A program made the translations under genes and the position numbers. From Clostridia bacterium (lineage in GTDB: Bacteria > Bacillota > Clostridia > Christensenellales > CAG-138): a DNA stretch of 64,000 nt. Positions 43,937-52,239 of this stretch are shown here, one piece after another (position 1 is the first letter of the stretch; each line of letters begins with the position of its first letter). The stretch lies in the NCBI GenBank assembly GCA_017394835.1, contig JAFPXD010000003.1:78221-142220 (forward strand), read 5' to 3'. The notes under the pieces were generated by a model. The model worked only from the letters and a program-made list of their open reading frames with translations. It was not told the DNA's origin and made no database searches.

Positions 43937-44440
43937 TCAGTGAGCCGCGTTTTCAACGTCCTTTCCGAGATCGCAGGTGAAAAGCCACCTTATCTCATCC
44001 CCGTCGGAAAGCTTATACTGTGAGCAGCCGTAATTGGGAAACACGCCGTTCACGCTGTACTCCCATCCGCTGAGCTCGCCGCAGTCAAACTCATAGATAT
44101 TGTTTATGCCCTCTATATAGGCGGAGTTATAGACGGGCGTGAACGAGGATTCCAAATGTATCCCTCTTGCGCGGAGCTCCCTTTGGAGCACGTCGAATAC
44201 CGTATCTCCTTCGGAGAAGGCGCACGTGACGGTATCCAATATTATCCCGTCCTCCGGGACAAGCTCCGCCTTGTTCGGATCGAGCATATCGCGGTTATCG
44301 AGGATGGTCCTGCAGTCTATATAGAGGGTGCAGGAAAGCTCTTGCCCGCCCGCTTCGTCATTCTTTTTGCAGGAGAAGGCAGCGCAGGTGAAAACCAATG
44401 CGAGCACAAGCGTTATAAAAAGCTTAATCCTTCTTTTCAT
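43937..44440 (-). CDS. DUF4430 (transcobalamin beta-domain-like) secreted or lipid-anchored protein
   Basis: Signal peptide ending FSC. The hallmark GELSGWEYSVNGVFPNYGCSQYKLSDGDEIRWLF is present. Third gene of the riboswitch-led operon. Confidence 0.75.
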   Translation of the reverse strand: MKRRIKLFITLVLALVFTCAAFSCKKNDEAGGQELSCTLYIDCRTILDNRDMLDPNKAELVPEDGIILDTVTCAFSEGDTVFDVLQRELRARGIHLESSFTPVYNSAYIEGINNIYEFDCGELSGWEYSVNGVFPNYGCSQYKLSDGDEIRWLFTCDLGKDVENAAH

Positions 44441-46010
44441 TCTTTCTCCTTACAGCTATCGCGGCCGCGCATACGGCTGTGACCGCCGCCGCTGCAAGCG
44501 GCAGCCAGAAGCCGATACCGGGCTTTTTTTCATTTTTGGCAGTATCGCCGTTTTCCTTCGCTGCCGCGGGTGTTTCGGATTCTGCCGCGGGCTCTGATGG
44601 CGCCTCTGTCGCAGGTATTGCCGTCGGCCCGGCGGTGGGTCCGGCCGGAGGTATGGTCGTCTCCGGGGTCGGAACGGAAGTCGGCGATCCGGTCGGCAAT
44701 TCACTCGGCACATCCGTCGGCGAATCGGTAGGAATATCCGTGGGCGCATCCGTAGGAGCTTCGGTTGGAGCGGCGGTCTGCGTTTGCAGAGGGGCGTCCG
44801 TCGCAGCAGGCGATTCGGTCGGCTTCGGGGTCGCCGTGGGCTTAGGAGTCGCCGTGGGCTTAGGCGTCGCTGTGGGCTTAGGGGTCGCCGTGGGTTTAGG
44901 CGTCGCCGTGGGCTTAGGAGTCGCCGTGGGCTTAGGAGTCGCCGTGGGCTTAGGAGTCGCCGAGGGCTTAGGCGTTGGCGTAGGCTTAGGCGTCGCCGTG
45001 GGCTTGGGAGTTGCCGTGGGCTTCGGGGTCGAAGTCGGTTTAGGCGTCGTTCCGCCGATGGGCGTCACATCGCTCATGTTATAAAGGTCGTTTTGACCTG
45101 CCCTGTATCTGGAATAGGCGCAGAGCGCGTATGCGGCCTGTTCAGAGGCCATTTGATTAACCACGCCTCCGGATATATGTGCGAAGCCGGAACCTCTGAA
45201 ATAGGCCGTGAGGGCGCTTAAAAGCGAATGCCCGTTTTTGATGAACCGCTGATCGGTATCCGGATCTATGCCGACGGTCGAAAGCGCGGTCACCACCTGC
45301 GCACAGCTTTCGCAGGTCGCGGTGCCGAACGAGGTGAAGCCGCCGTCGGGATCCTGGATAAGGGAAAGCCTTGCGACCGCCCTCTCTATCGCCGAGGACG
45401 CCCTTTGATACGGAGCGAGCGCGGTTATAACGATCCCCGTAACGTCGGGATCGGCCTCGCCGCTGCCGAGCACCCAGCCTCCGCCTGCAAGCTCCCTTCC
45501 GAGCAGGAAATCGACGTAAGCGTTTTTTGTCGCCGTTTCGCCATAGGAAGCGCGTGAATCGAGCGCGAGCAGCGCAAAAGCCGCTCCCGTTACGCCCTGC
45601 CGCTTCACTCCGCTTTGGTTGGTCAGCGGTTCAACAAGGTCATACCCCGAAACGTCACGTGCGTTCCTCCCTATTGAAGTGAGCGCGATCACGAGTCTCG
45701 AGTTTTCGGTAAGCTTATTGGAGTTTATAACTCCGCTCCCGTTTGCGGCGATCATCCGCTCAATGCGGCTGTAATAAGAGGAGCACCAAGCGTCCGCGGG
45801 CCCGACTCTTCCGCTCCTTGCGAGCGCAAAAACGAGCCATTCCCCGCCGACGGACCCGAACGAAGGCGTCATACCCTCGAAACGGTCAAGAGTCAGCTCA
45901 TAAGGGCGGGTATAATCTGTAGCGGCAAATGAGGAAAGCGGCGCCGCCGCCGTAAACAAAACGGCAAGCAGCACCGCGAAAAACCTTTTTTTAAGTGACG
46001 CCTTCATCAC
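44424..46010 (-). CDS. Surface protein: prenyltransferase/terpene-cyclase-like alpha/alpha-toroid domain + (TPKPTA)n linker + C-terminal TM anchor
   Basis: Signal peptide. Repeated toroid motifs (GGEWLVFALA, GGGWVLG, DPDVTGIVITAL, DPDGGFTS). 13 hexapeptide repeats, a Pro/Thr/Ala-rich stalk and a terminal TM followed by RRKNEKKD. Confidence 0.75.
   Translation of the reverse strand: MMKASLKKRFFAVLLAVLFTAAAPLSSFAATDYTRPYELTLDRFEGMTPSFGSVGGEWLVFALARSGRVGPADAWCSSYYSRIERMIAANGSGVINSNKLTENSRLVIALTSIGRNARDVSGYDLVEPLTNQSGVKRQGVTGAAFALLALDSRASYGETATKNAYVDFLLGRELAGGGWVLGSGEADPDVTGIVITALAPYQRASSAIERAVARLSLIQDPDGGFTSFGTATCESCAQVVTALSTVGIDPDTDQRFIKNGHSLLSALTAYFRGSGFAHISGGVVNQMASEQAAYALCAYSRYRAGQNDLYNMSDVTPIGGTTPKPTSTPKPTATPKPTATPKPTPTPKPSATPKPTATPKPTATPKPTATPKPTATPKPTATPKPTATPKPTATPKPTESPAATDAPLQTQTAAPTEAPTDAPTDIPTDSPTDVPSELPTGSPTSVPTPETTIPPAGPTAGPTAIPATEAPSEPAAESETPAAAKENGDTAKNEKKPGIGFWLPLAAAAVTAVCAAAIAVRRKNEKKD
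44821..45054 (-). repeat. 13 tandem 18-nt coding repeats (TPKPTA hexapeptide)
   Basis: On the plus strand: GGCTTAGGAGTCGCCGTG and variants, exact 18-nt period from 44821 to 45054. Confidence 0.9.
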
Positions 46011-46999
46011 ATGACCGCGCGCAGGATAAGGAGCGCGTCGCTAAGGTCGATCTCGCCGTCGCCATTGTAATCGGCATACATGAGGGCGATATCGGAGTCT
46101 TCAACAAGACCCATGCCATAGCGCATTACGAGAAGCGCGTCTTCGGAATTGACAACAAGATCAAGATTGACGTCGCCCATCTCGATCACGGGATTGAGGA
46201 AATCGCGTATCGCCTGCGCGGCGTCGTCGATCTCTGCCTGGGTGGCGTTCACATCAAAGAGCGCATCGAGGAAATTGTTGAAAAGCTCGGAATCACGGCC
46301 AAGCCTATCCATGGACTCCTCATCGGCATTAAGCTCGGCAAGCAGGCGGTCGGCTTCAACGCGGCTCACACCCTCCATGGGGTTGTCGAACAGGGGGAAG
46401 GAACCCCAGCCGTCGCTCAAGCCGTAATCCATACCCCAGCCGTAAATGGAGAAGAACCACTGATAGACGGAGCCGATATTGACGACGGTCGCATCCGCGC
46501 CGGTCGAAAGAGCGATATTGTCCTCAACGAACATCCAACCGGACATGGTGCAGTACTCGCCCGCGGAAAGGGAACGGTCATCATCGAATTCGCCGGTCCA
46601 CTCGCCGAAATTGTAGCCAAACTGCTCGTCCGCCCAATCGGGATAGGCAAGGATCTCGTTCATCAGATATTCGGGAACGTTGGGATCAGTGTATTCACAG
46701 CCGACGCCGGTGAGATAGAAGCCCTCCTCCACCGTGCCGTAATAGGAACACGCGCGGCCGGTCTCTTCGAATACGCGGGCCGTCACCGCGGCAAGAGTCT
46801 CGCCCTCGTGAACGGGAACGAGCTCGGGATACATGATGTAGCCCCATCCCATCGTAAGTGCGGAAACGCCGAATACGACGTAACCGTCATAGCCTTCGGG
46901 CACTTCGGGCACCTGGGGAGCTTCCGCAAGAGCGGGAACGCAGAGAAGGAGCATTGCGGCTGCGATCAGCGCGGCAAGGAAACGTTTGCAGGATTTCAT
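46007..46999 (-). CDS. Secreted DUF4430-like domain protein with a C-terminal type I dockerin
   Basis: Signal peptide (...VPALAEA). DUF4430-like core (SAGEYCTMSGWMFVEDN...GSVYQWFF). Dockerin repeats GDVNLDLVVNSEDAL and ADYNGDGEIDLSDAL. GGAGG RBS lies 9 nt upstream. Confidence 0.7.
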   Translation of the reverse strand: MKSCKRFLAALIAAAMLLLCVPALAEAPQVPEVPEGYDGYVVFGVSALTMGWGYIMYPELVPVHEGETLAAVTARVFEETGRACSYYGTVEEGFYLTGVGCEYTDPNVPEYLMNEILAYPDWADEQFGYNFGEWTGEFDDDRSLSAGEYCTMSGWMFVEDNIALSTGADATVVNIGSVYQWFFSIYGWGMDYGLSDGWGSFPLFDNPMEGVSRVEADRLLAELNADEESMDRLGRDSELFNNFLDALFDVNATQAEIDDAAQAIRDFLNPVIEMGDVNLDLVVNSEDALLVMRYGMGLVEDSDIALMYADYNGDGEIDLSDALLILRAVM

Positions 47000-47029
47000 T
47001 TGACATAACCTCCGTGTCTTATTTTCCGG

Positions 47030-47225
47030 GTCTGCGGCCCATAAGGGAGAATACTCTCCCCCGGCATAGAGCTCCTGCGCAAGGTCTTCCGGCTCGCGGC
47101 TTGACCTAATCGCCCTGCCTTCCCACGCATTATGCGCAGTGACTTGATCCGGGCTTTCGTATCCGCATACGGCAGCGGAGGCTGCTGCGGCATTTCACCG
47201 CATTCCCTTTTCGCAGCAAGCTTTT
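47030..47225 (-). ncRNA. Cobalamin (B12) riboswitch
   Basis: The minus-strand RNA reads ...AAAAGGGAAUGCGGUGAAAUGCCGCAGCAGCCUCCGCUGCCGUAUGCGG...GUCACUGCGCAUAAUGCGUGGGAAGGC...GAGCCGGAAGACCUUGCGCAGG. This matches the conserved core (AAGGGAA-N-GGUGAAA-N-CCGC...CCCGCUxCxGU), the GCCACUG...GGGAAGGC element and the B12 box (AGCCaGGAgACCUGCc). It lies between a promoter and the operon RBS. Confidence 0.8.
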
Positions 47226-47235
47226 TGCCAATATG

Positions 47236-47264
47236 AATATAGCATTGCGTATCCGCTTTGTCAA
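47236..47264 (-). promoter_or_regulatory. Sigma-A type promoter driving the B12 riboswitch operon
   Basis: On the minus strand: TTGACA (47264-47259), 17-nt spacer, TATATT (47241-47236). Confidence 0.55.
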
Positions 47265-47323
47265 TAGGAAATGGGCCCTTCGGCATCATATACAGGCTGA
47301 CGCCCGGCCTCTTTCCCCATCGG

Positions 47324-47974
47324 TTACGCGGGGAAGAACGCGTTATGGCCCAATCTTATCAAAAACGCTATCGCAAGGGTCATAACCGCCATCATAACGA
47401 CCGACAGGTACCATCTGCCGCCCTTATTGAAGCCGTAAAAATCCTCCCAGCCGCCTTTTTCGGGGCCCTTGATAACGACCATCCTGAAATACACGCAGCC
47501 GTATATCACAACGGGAATGAGCGCGAGCCATACGGCGAAAAGAGGGAGCCTGCCGCCTCCGTCGAAGAGTATGCAGGAAGCCATACAGAGCACGGGCACA
47601 ATAAGGTGCAGATGGAGGCTGCCGCCTTCCAGCATGTGCGCGTAACCCGCATAAGGCGCAAGCAGCAGCATGACGACGAAGAACGTGACTCCCACGGCTG
47701 CGGCGCCCACGAATTTAAGGATGGCGGCCCATTCGGGGATCGCCTCCCCCGTAAAGAAGCCTATTATATTGAACACGAGCATTATGATGCACGCCGCGGC
47801 TGCCAAAAGGTTTGAATCGACGGTGAAATACTCAAAGCACCTCGCCTTTTTTACCTGCATATTCGCCCTGCCGCCCTTTGCGGAATAGAATTCGAGCATT
47901 GCGACGGCAACAAGCGCCGCCGATACCGCATTGCAAAGCGCCGAAAGTATGTTGTTTATCAAGCCCCTGTCCAT
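47324..47974 (-). CDS. Integral membrane protein (possibly Pr6Pr family)
   Basis: 216 aa with about 6 TM helices and a YFTVDSNLL motif. The family label is recalled from memory only. An extended -10 TGCTATAAT is at 48023-48015. Confidence 0.55.
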   Translation of the reverse strand: MDRGLINNILSALCNAVSAALVAVAMLEFYSAKGGRANMQVKKARCFEYFTVDSNLLAAAACIIMLVFNIIGFFTGEAIPEWAAILKFVGAAAVGVTFFVVMLLLAPYAGYAHMLEGGSLHLHLIVPVLCMASCILFDGGGRLPLFAVWLALIPVVIYGCVYFRMVVIKGPEKGGWEDFYGFNKGGRWYLSVVMMAVMTLAIAFLIRLGHNAFFPA

Positions 47975-48111
47975 GGATCCGCCTCTTTTCTTTACAATGA
48001 TTTTTTACTTTTTCATTATAGCACAGGAAATGTGAAAAACAAGGTCGCCAGCGAAATTGCGAATAATGAAAAAGCCCCCGCTTTTTCAAGCGGAGGCTTC
48101 GGATCTTAAGC

Positions 48112-50745
48112 TCAGAACTTTTTGGACATAGTCCAGAACTCGTTATCGTATATGTCGGTGAGACAATAGCTTACGAGAGCGGTAAGATCGTCGGGGATGG
48201 GAACGTTGGTGACTTCGGGCATTTGCTTGCCTATGGTAAGAGGATCGCCGAAGAAGTAGCTCGCCTGATAGGTCTTATCATAGCCGTAGAAGTCGCAGAC
48301 GAATTCGAGCTTATCGCCTTCCTTGAGGGCGATAAGGCCCCTGCCCAGGGTATCCGTTTCATCCTTGTAGTTGTAACGGACGCCCGCGACGTAACCGTAT
48401 TCGTTATCCTCCGTCTCGTTATCGAATACGATAATGACGTAAACGAGATGGTCGTGATCACCGTTCAGATATGCGGGAACGCGGCCGGTGATGACGTAAT
48501 CATCGCCGTCGGTGACGTTGCTGATCATGTAATAGGGCACGATCTGACCGTCGAGCGCGATCCAGGTGCGGTCATAGTCTATCAAAAGATCGCCGTCGCT
48601 GTCGAACTCATAGACGTTGTCCATGCCGAGATCGATATAGCCTTCGCCGTCGTCAACGAAAACGTTGAGCTGGACGTTCTGCACCATTTCCCACTTCTCT
48701 TTGGAGAGGGAGAGAACGGTCTTGTCGCCCTTTACGGTGGTCATCATATCGTCCGCATAGATGACGTGGGTATCGTAATAATCGGCGTTGTCGAGCACCT
48801 TCTGCGCGTCGAACCAATCGTTATCACCGATGGATCTGCCGCCCAGAATGGAGCCGATGAGGGAGCCCGCTATATCGCCGCTTCCGCCGGAGCTGCCGCC
48901 GCCGAGGAAGCTGCCGAGCAGACCGCCCAGAACGTCGGAAGAGGAGGAAGAGCTCGTAGTGCCGGAAAGGTCTCCGAAGAGGGAGCCAAGCGGCGAGGAG
49001 GTGCTGCCCGTTGCGATCTGGCCGCCGGCAGCAAGGCTCGCAAAGCTCTTTATGCAGGCGGAATACTGGGGATCCACGCCGATGGCGTTATACAGGCTGA
49101 CGGCGCTGTTGACGCTCGAGAAGCTCGTATAGGGGAAATAGATGGACATACCGTACGCATTGGTCATGGACTTGGAGGTACGGTTATACTTGATGCAGCC
49201 CTGAAGAGCCTTTATGAGGCTCTGCGCCTCGCTCGTGCCGACGCCGTTGGCAAGGTGGATAAGATCGACGTGGTTGATGCCCGCGGAAGCGCCGAACTCC
49301 CTTGCGCTGCGCCTTGCGTTGGCGACAACGTCATACTTCTTGGTATCGAGCAGACCGCTGACGCTCGTCGCAAAATCTCCGAAGGCCCTGGGAACCGTGC
49401 TGTGGAACTCGGCAAGATCGACAATGGAAAGGGTCGTGGAATCGCCCGCGTTGTTCTTCTTGCAGACGTCGTTGAAGTCGTCGATAATGGTCTTGGCAAG
49501 GGTGACCGTGTTGATGGAGGTATTCTTGGAAAGCTCGGTGAGCCATTTCGTGTAATACCAGCCGCAGCCGGGCTCAGTCTCCTCGGAAGCGATGAGGTAA
49601 TCGGCGTACTGGTCGATAACTACCGCATTCTCCAGGGTTGCCATGAGGCAGGCGTCGAAGCCGATGAAATCGAATTTCACGCCGCCGTCGTAAAGCGCCC
49701 TGTTGATCTTATCGAGGGTCATGGACCCGTTGAAGTTCTGATCGTAACCGTAACCGGAGAGGGATCCTCCGCCGTGATCCCAGAATATGAGCATGTAGCG
49801 ATCCGCAGGGTATTTGGAAGCGCAGTACTTGATGAACTCGGTAAGGGTCTTGTTATCGGTCATGGCCTTTTTGCCGAGATCCTTTTCAAGCGCCTGCATG
49901 CCGCGGCTCGTAACGCGCCAGATCTGGTTTGTGGAGTTGGAAATGACGTTGTTCTTCCAGGTCTTGGTGCCGCCCGTTTCAACGATGATATTGACCTTAT
50001 CGTCATTGAGCTGCGCCTTGAGCATCTCGTTCAGGTCGTTGGTCGCCATGCCGTACTTGGATTCGAGGTCGGTACCGCACATATAGACCATTATGGTGAC
50101 TTCATCGTTGCCGTTGCCCCTGAGCTTGGTGTATTTATCCCTCGCAGAGGAATCTATGGTAAGGTTGGGGGTGGCAACGGAGGTGCTGGAGCTCACCGCC
50201 GCGGGAGCGGAAAGATCCGCCTGATCGTAGGTATTAACGGTATTGAAACTGGAATCGTTGTCAAACGTCATGAATCCGGAGGTATCTCCACCGCTGGTCA
50301 TTCCGCCGAGAAGGCTCGAAAGATCGCACTTCTTGCCCTTGAAGAGGAACAGGAGCACGAGCGCGATGAGGATAATGGGAAGAAGCTTGCCGAGGCCGCT
50401 CTTCCTGCCGCCGGAGCTGCTGCCGCCGCCCAGGAGCGAACCCAATAAGCCGCCGCCAAGGCCGCTTGAGCTGCTTTGAGAGCTTGTATTATTGGAGCTG
50501 CCGGAATTGCCGGAGCCGCTCAGCATGCCGCCGATAAGGGAACCCGCGATATCGCCGAGAGCGCCCTTATCGCCGTTATCGCCCTGGGGCTGCTGATTTG
50601 CGCCTTCCTCACGGCCGGAATATCCATCCTCACGGCCTACGGGACCGCCCGTCTGAGCGGGCTTACGCTTGCCGAAAGCGCCGTTGCCCTGGCCGGTTTT
50701 CTTTTTTCTGCCGCCTGAATTGGGGGTGTTATTCATATTCATCAT
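48112..50745 (-). CDS. Membrane-anchored clostripain-family (C11) cysteine peptidase with a Gly/Ser-rich N-terminus
   Basis: His-Cys dyad contexts LIFWDHGGGS and IGFDACLMATLE. VTIMVYMCGTDLES start of the C11 domain. One TM (LLPIILIALVLLFLF). The 741-aa plus-strand ORF is a shadow ORF. Confidence 0.82.
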   Translation of the reverse strand: MMNMNNTPNSGGRKKKTGQGNGAFGKRKPAQTGGPVGREDGYSGREEGANQQPQGDNGDKGALGDIAGSLIGGMLSGSGNSGSSNNTSSQSSSSGLGGGLLGSLLGGGSSSGGRKSGLGKLLPIILIALVLLFLFKGKKCDLSSLLGGMTSGGDTSGFMTFDNDSSFNTVNTYDQADLSAPAAVSSSTSVATPNLTIDSSARDKYTKLRGNGNDEVTIMVYMCGTDLESKYGMATNDLNEMLKAQLNDDKVNIIVETGGTKTWKNNVISNSTNQIWRVTSRGMQALEKDLGKKAMTDNKTLTEFIKYCASKYPADRYMLIFWDHGGGSLSGYGYDQNFNGSMTLDKINRALYDGGVKFDFIGFDACLMATLENAVVIDQYADYLIASEETEPGCGWYYTKWLTELSKNTSINTVTLAKTIIDDFNDVCKKNNAGDSTTLSIVDLAEFHSTVPRAFGDFATSVSGLLDTKKYDVVANARRSAREFGASAGINHVDLIHLANGVGTSEAQSLIKALQGCIKYNRTSKSMTNAYGMSIYFPYTSFSSVNSAVSLYNAIGVDPQYSACIKSFASLAAGGQIATGSTSSPLGSLFGDLSGTTSSSSSSDVLGGLLGSFLGGGSSGGSGDIAGSLIGSILGGRSIGDNDWFDAQKVLDNADYYDTHVIYADDMMTTVKGDKTVLSLSKEKWEMVQNVQLNVFVDDGEGYIDLGMDNVYEFDSDGDLLIDYDRTWIALDGQIVPYYMISNVTDGDDYVITGRVPAYLNGDHDHLVYVIIVFDNETEDNEYGYVAGVRYNYKDETDTLGRGLIALKEGDKLEFVCDFYGYDKTYQASYFFGDPLTIGKQMPEVTNVPIPDDLTALVSYCLTDIYDNEFWTMSKKF

Positions 50746-50825
50746 CTCCTGATCTGGGTATGGTGTATAGATTATAACATATCTTTACGCAAAATATAAG
50801 GGGTTTGCGCAAAAAATGTATAATA

Positions 50826-52196
50826 TCACAGCGTCTTGGCCGCAAAGGGACGGCCTTCGGTGAAAATGAGCTCGCTTTCATGCGCCTTATCCACGTTCAC
50901 CACCGCGGGCTCGGCCTTAGTGATGAAGCTTATGAGCATGCCGCTCTCCCCCGCCTCCGCGGCGGCGTGCCTAACGCCCTCCTCATCGGGAGCGGTTATC
51001 ATCCTGTAAGCCAGAATTGCGGAATCGACCGCGCTGCCCGAGTAGGATACCGCGGAGGATGAGAGCAGCAGATCGTAAACCTCGCCGTTTTGATAATTGT
51101 AATGCGGGTGGCAGAGGTGAGCTTCGGAGCCGACCGAAACAGTATAATAGCCCCACGCATCCTCAAGCGGGAAGGTGCGGTAATGGCTGAATGCGGCGCC
51201 CGCCTTCATCTTCATCCTGCAGGCCTGCGCGGGCTCGTTCTCATAAAGGGTGTATTCGAGGAATACGCCCCCGTCGCCGAGCCCCTTCAGCGCAAGAGTG
51301 ATGCTGCCGTCCGAAGAGGCGAGATAACCGTTGGTAAAGCCGGCCTCCTCGAGCCTCCCTGCGGTGTATTCTATTTCAAACGCCGTTTTGAGGAAGCCGA
51401 GATCGATCACGTTTTTGGAAAGCTCGTAGTTTTCTATAAAATCGAGATAATCCTGCGAAACGGTGAATATGACCTTGCGTTCGGCTTCGCTAACCGTTTC
51501 AAGGCTGAAATTGGAAATATCCGCCGTCTTTTCCGCAATGGCCGAAATACGCTCCGCCTCGTTATCATTGGACTTTGGATCGTAATCGGCGGCGTCAGCA
51601 AGAGTCAAAACGGAATTCCACTCCTTATTGAGCGCGCCGGCGAACATATTGAAGCAGCCCTCTGATGTAAGCTCTTTCGCCCTCATAAGTATGTCATACA
51701 GGACGGGATCGAGCTCGATCTCCTCGCCGCGGTGGGCGTTTATATAGGCGATATTGACGTAGCCGTTATAGGTATTTTGGTGATCGAGAAGCTTATAGAT
51801 ATGGGAAAGCGCCGCGCTGTATTCCCTGCGTGTCTCGGTCATGGCAGTGCGTATCTCCGTGCTTTTGCCGTCAAAATAGCAGGTAAGCATCAGCTCCTTC
51901 TGATAGAGCATGGCGTCCGCGACGGGATCGGTATCGATATGGTAGAAGCCCGGATCCCTGTGCATATAGCTCGTTATGCCCGCTGCAAAGGCGGCTGCGG
52001 CTGCCGCAAATGCGGCGACCGCGGCGATTATCTTTATTATGAGCTTGCGTTTGCGCTGCTGTTCGGTCTCCGGCTGTTTTTCTTTCTTTTTCTTCTCTGC
52101 CTTTACGGGCTTTGGGGAGATCTTTTCGGTTTTGTTCTTGCTCACTTTGAGTCCTGTTCCGACGGCTGCGCCGTCAAATAGATAGTCGTTTTTCAA
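50826..52196 (-). CDS. Membrane-anchored extracytoplasmic protein, distantly ApbE-like (tentative)
   Basis: Lys-rich N-terminus plus a TM segment. The segment order resembles ApbE (…INAHRGEEIELDPVLYDILMRAKELT…, IDLGFLKTAFEIEY…, …SSSAVSYSGSAVDSAILAYRM). However, the canonical GGIAKGY-type motif is degenerate. Confidence 0.3.
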   Translation of the reverse strand: MKNDYLFDGAAVGTGLKVSKNKTEKISPKPVKAEKKKKEKQPETEQQRKRKLIIKIIAAVAAFAAAAAAFAAGITSYMHRDPGFYHIDTDPVADAMLYQKELMLTCYFDGKSTEIRTAMTETRREYSAALSHIYKLLDHQNTYNGYVNIAYINAHRGEEIELDPVLYDILMRAKELTSEGCFNMFAGALNKEWNSVLTLADAADYDPKSNDNEAERISAIAEKTADISNFSLETVSEAERKVIFTVSQDYLDFIENYELSKNVIDLGFLKTAFEIEYTAGRLEEAGFTNGYLASSDGSITLALKGLGDGGVFLEYTLYENEPAQACRMKMKAGAAFSHYRTFPLEDAWGYYTVSVGSEAHLCHPHYNYQNGEVYDLLLSSSAVSYSGSAVDSAILAYRMITAPDEEGVRHAAAEAGESGMLISFITKAEPAVVNVDKAHESELIFTEGRPFAAKTL

Positions 52197-52200
52197 AAAC

Positions 52201-52228
52201 GCAGCCGGCCGTTTTGCGGCCGGCTGCT
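52201..52228 (-). terminator. Terminator after oppF
   Basis: GCAGCCGGCCG-(loop)-CGGCCGGCTGC perfect 11-bp stem with flanking T/A runs on both strands. Confidence 0.75.
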
Positions 52229-52239
52229 TTTGTTCATTA

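Noticed and set aside
48223-50448. 741-aa plus-strand ORF
   Set aside because: It lies antisense to the C11 peptidase gene. Its translation is an Ala/Gly/Val/Arg-rich low-complexity sequence with no recognisable domain.
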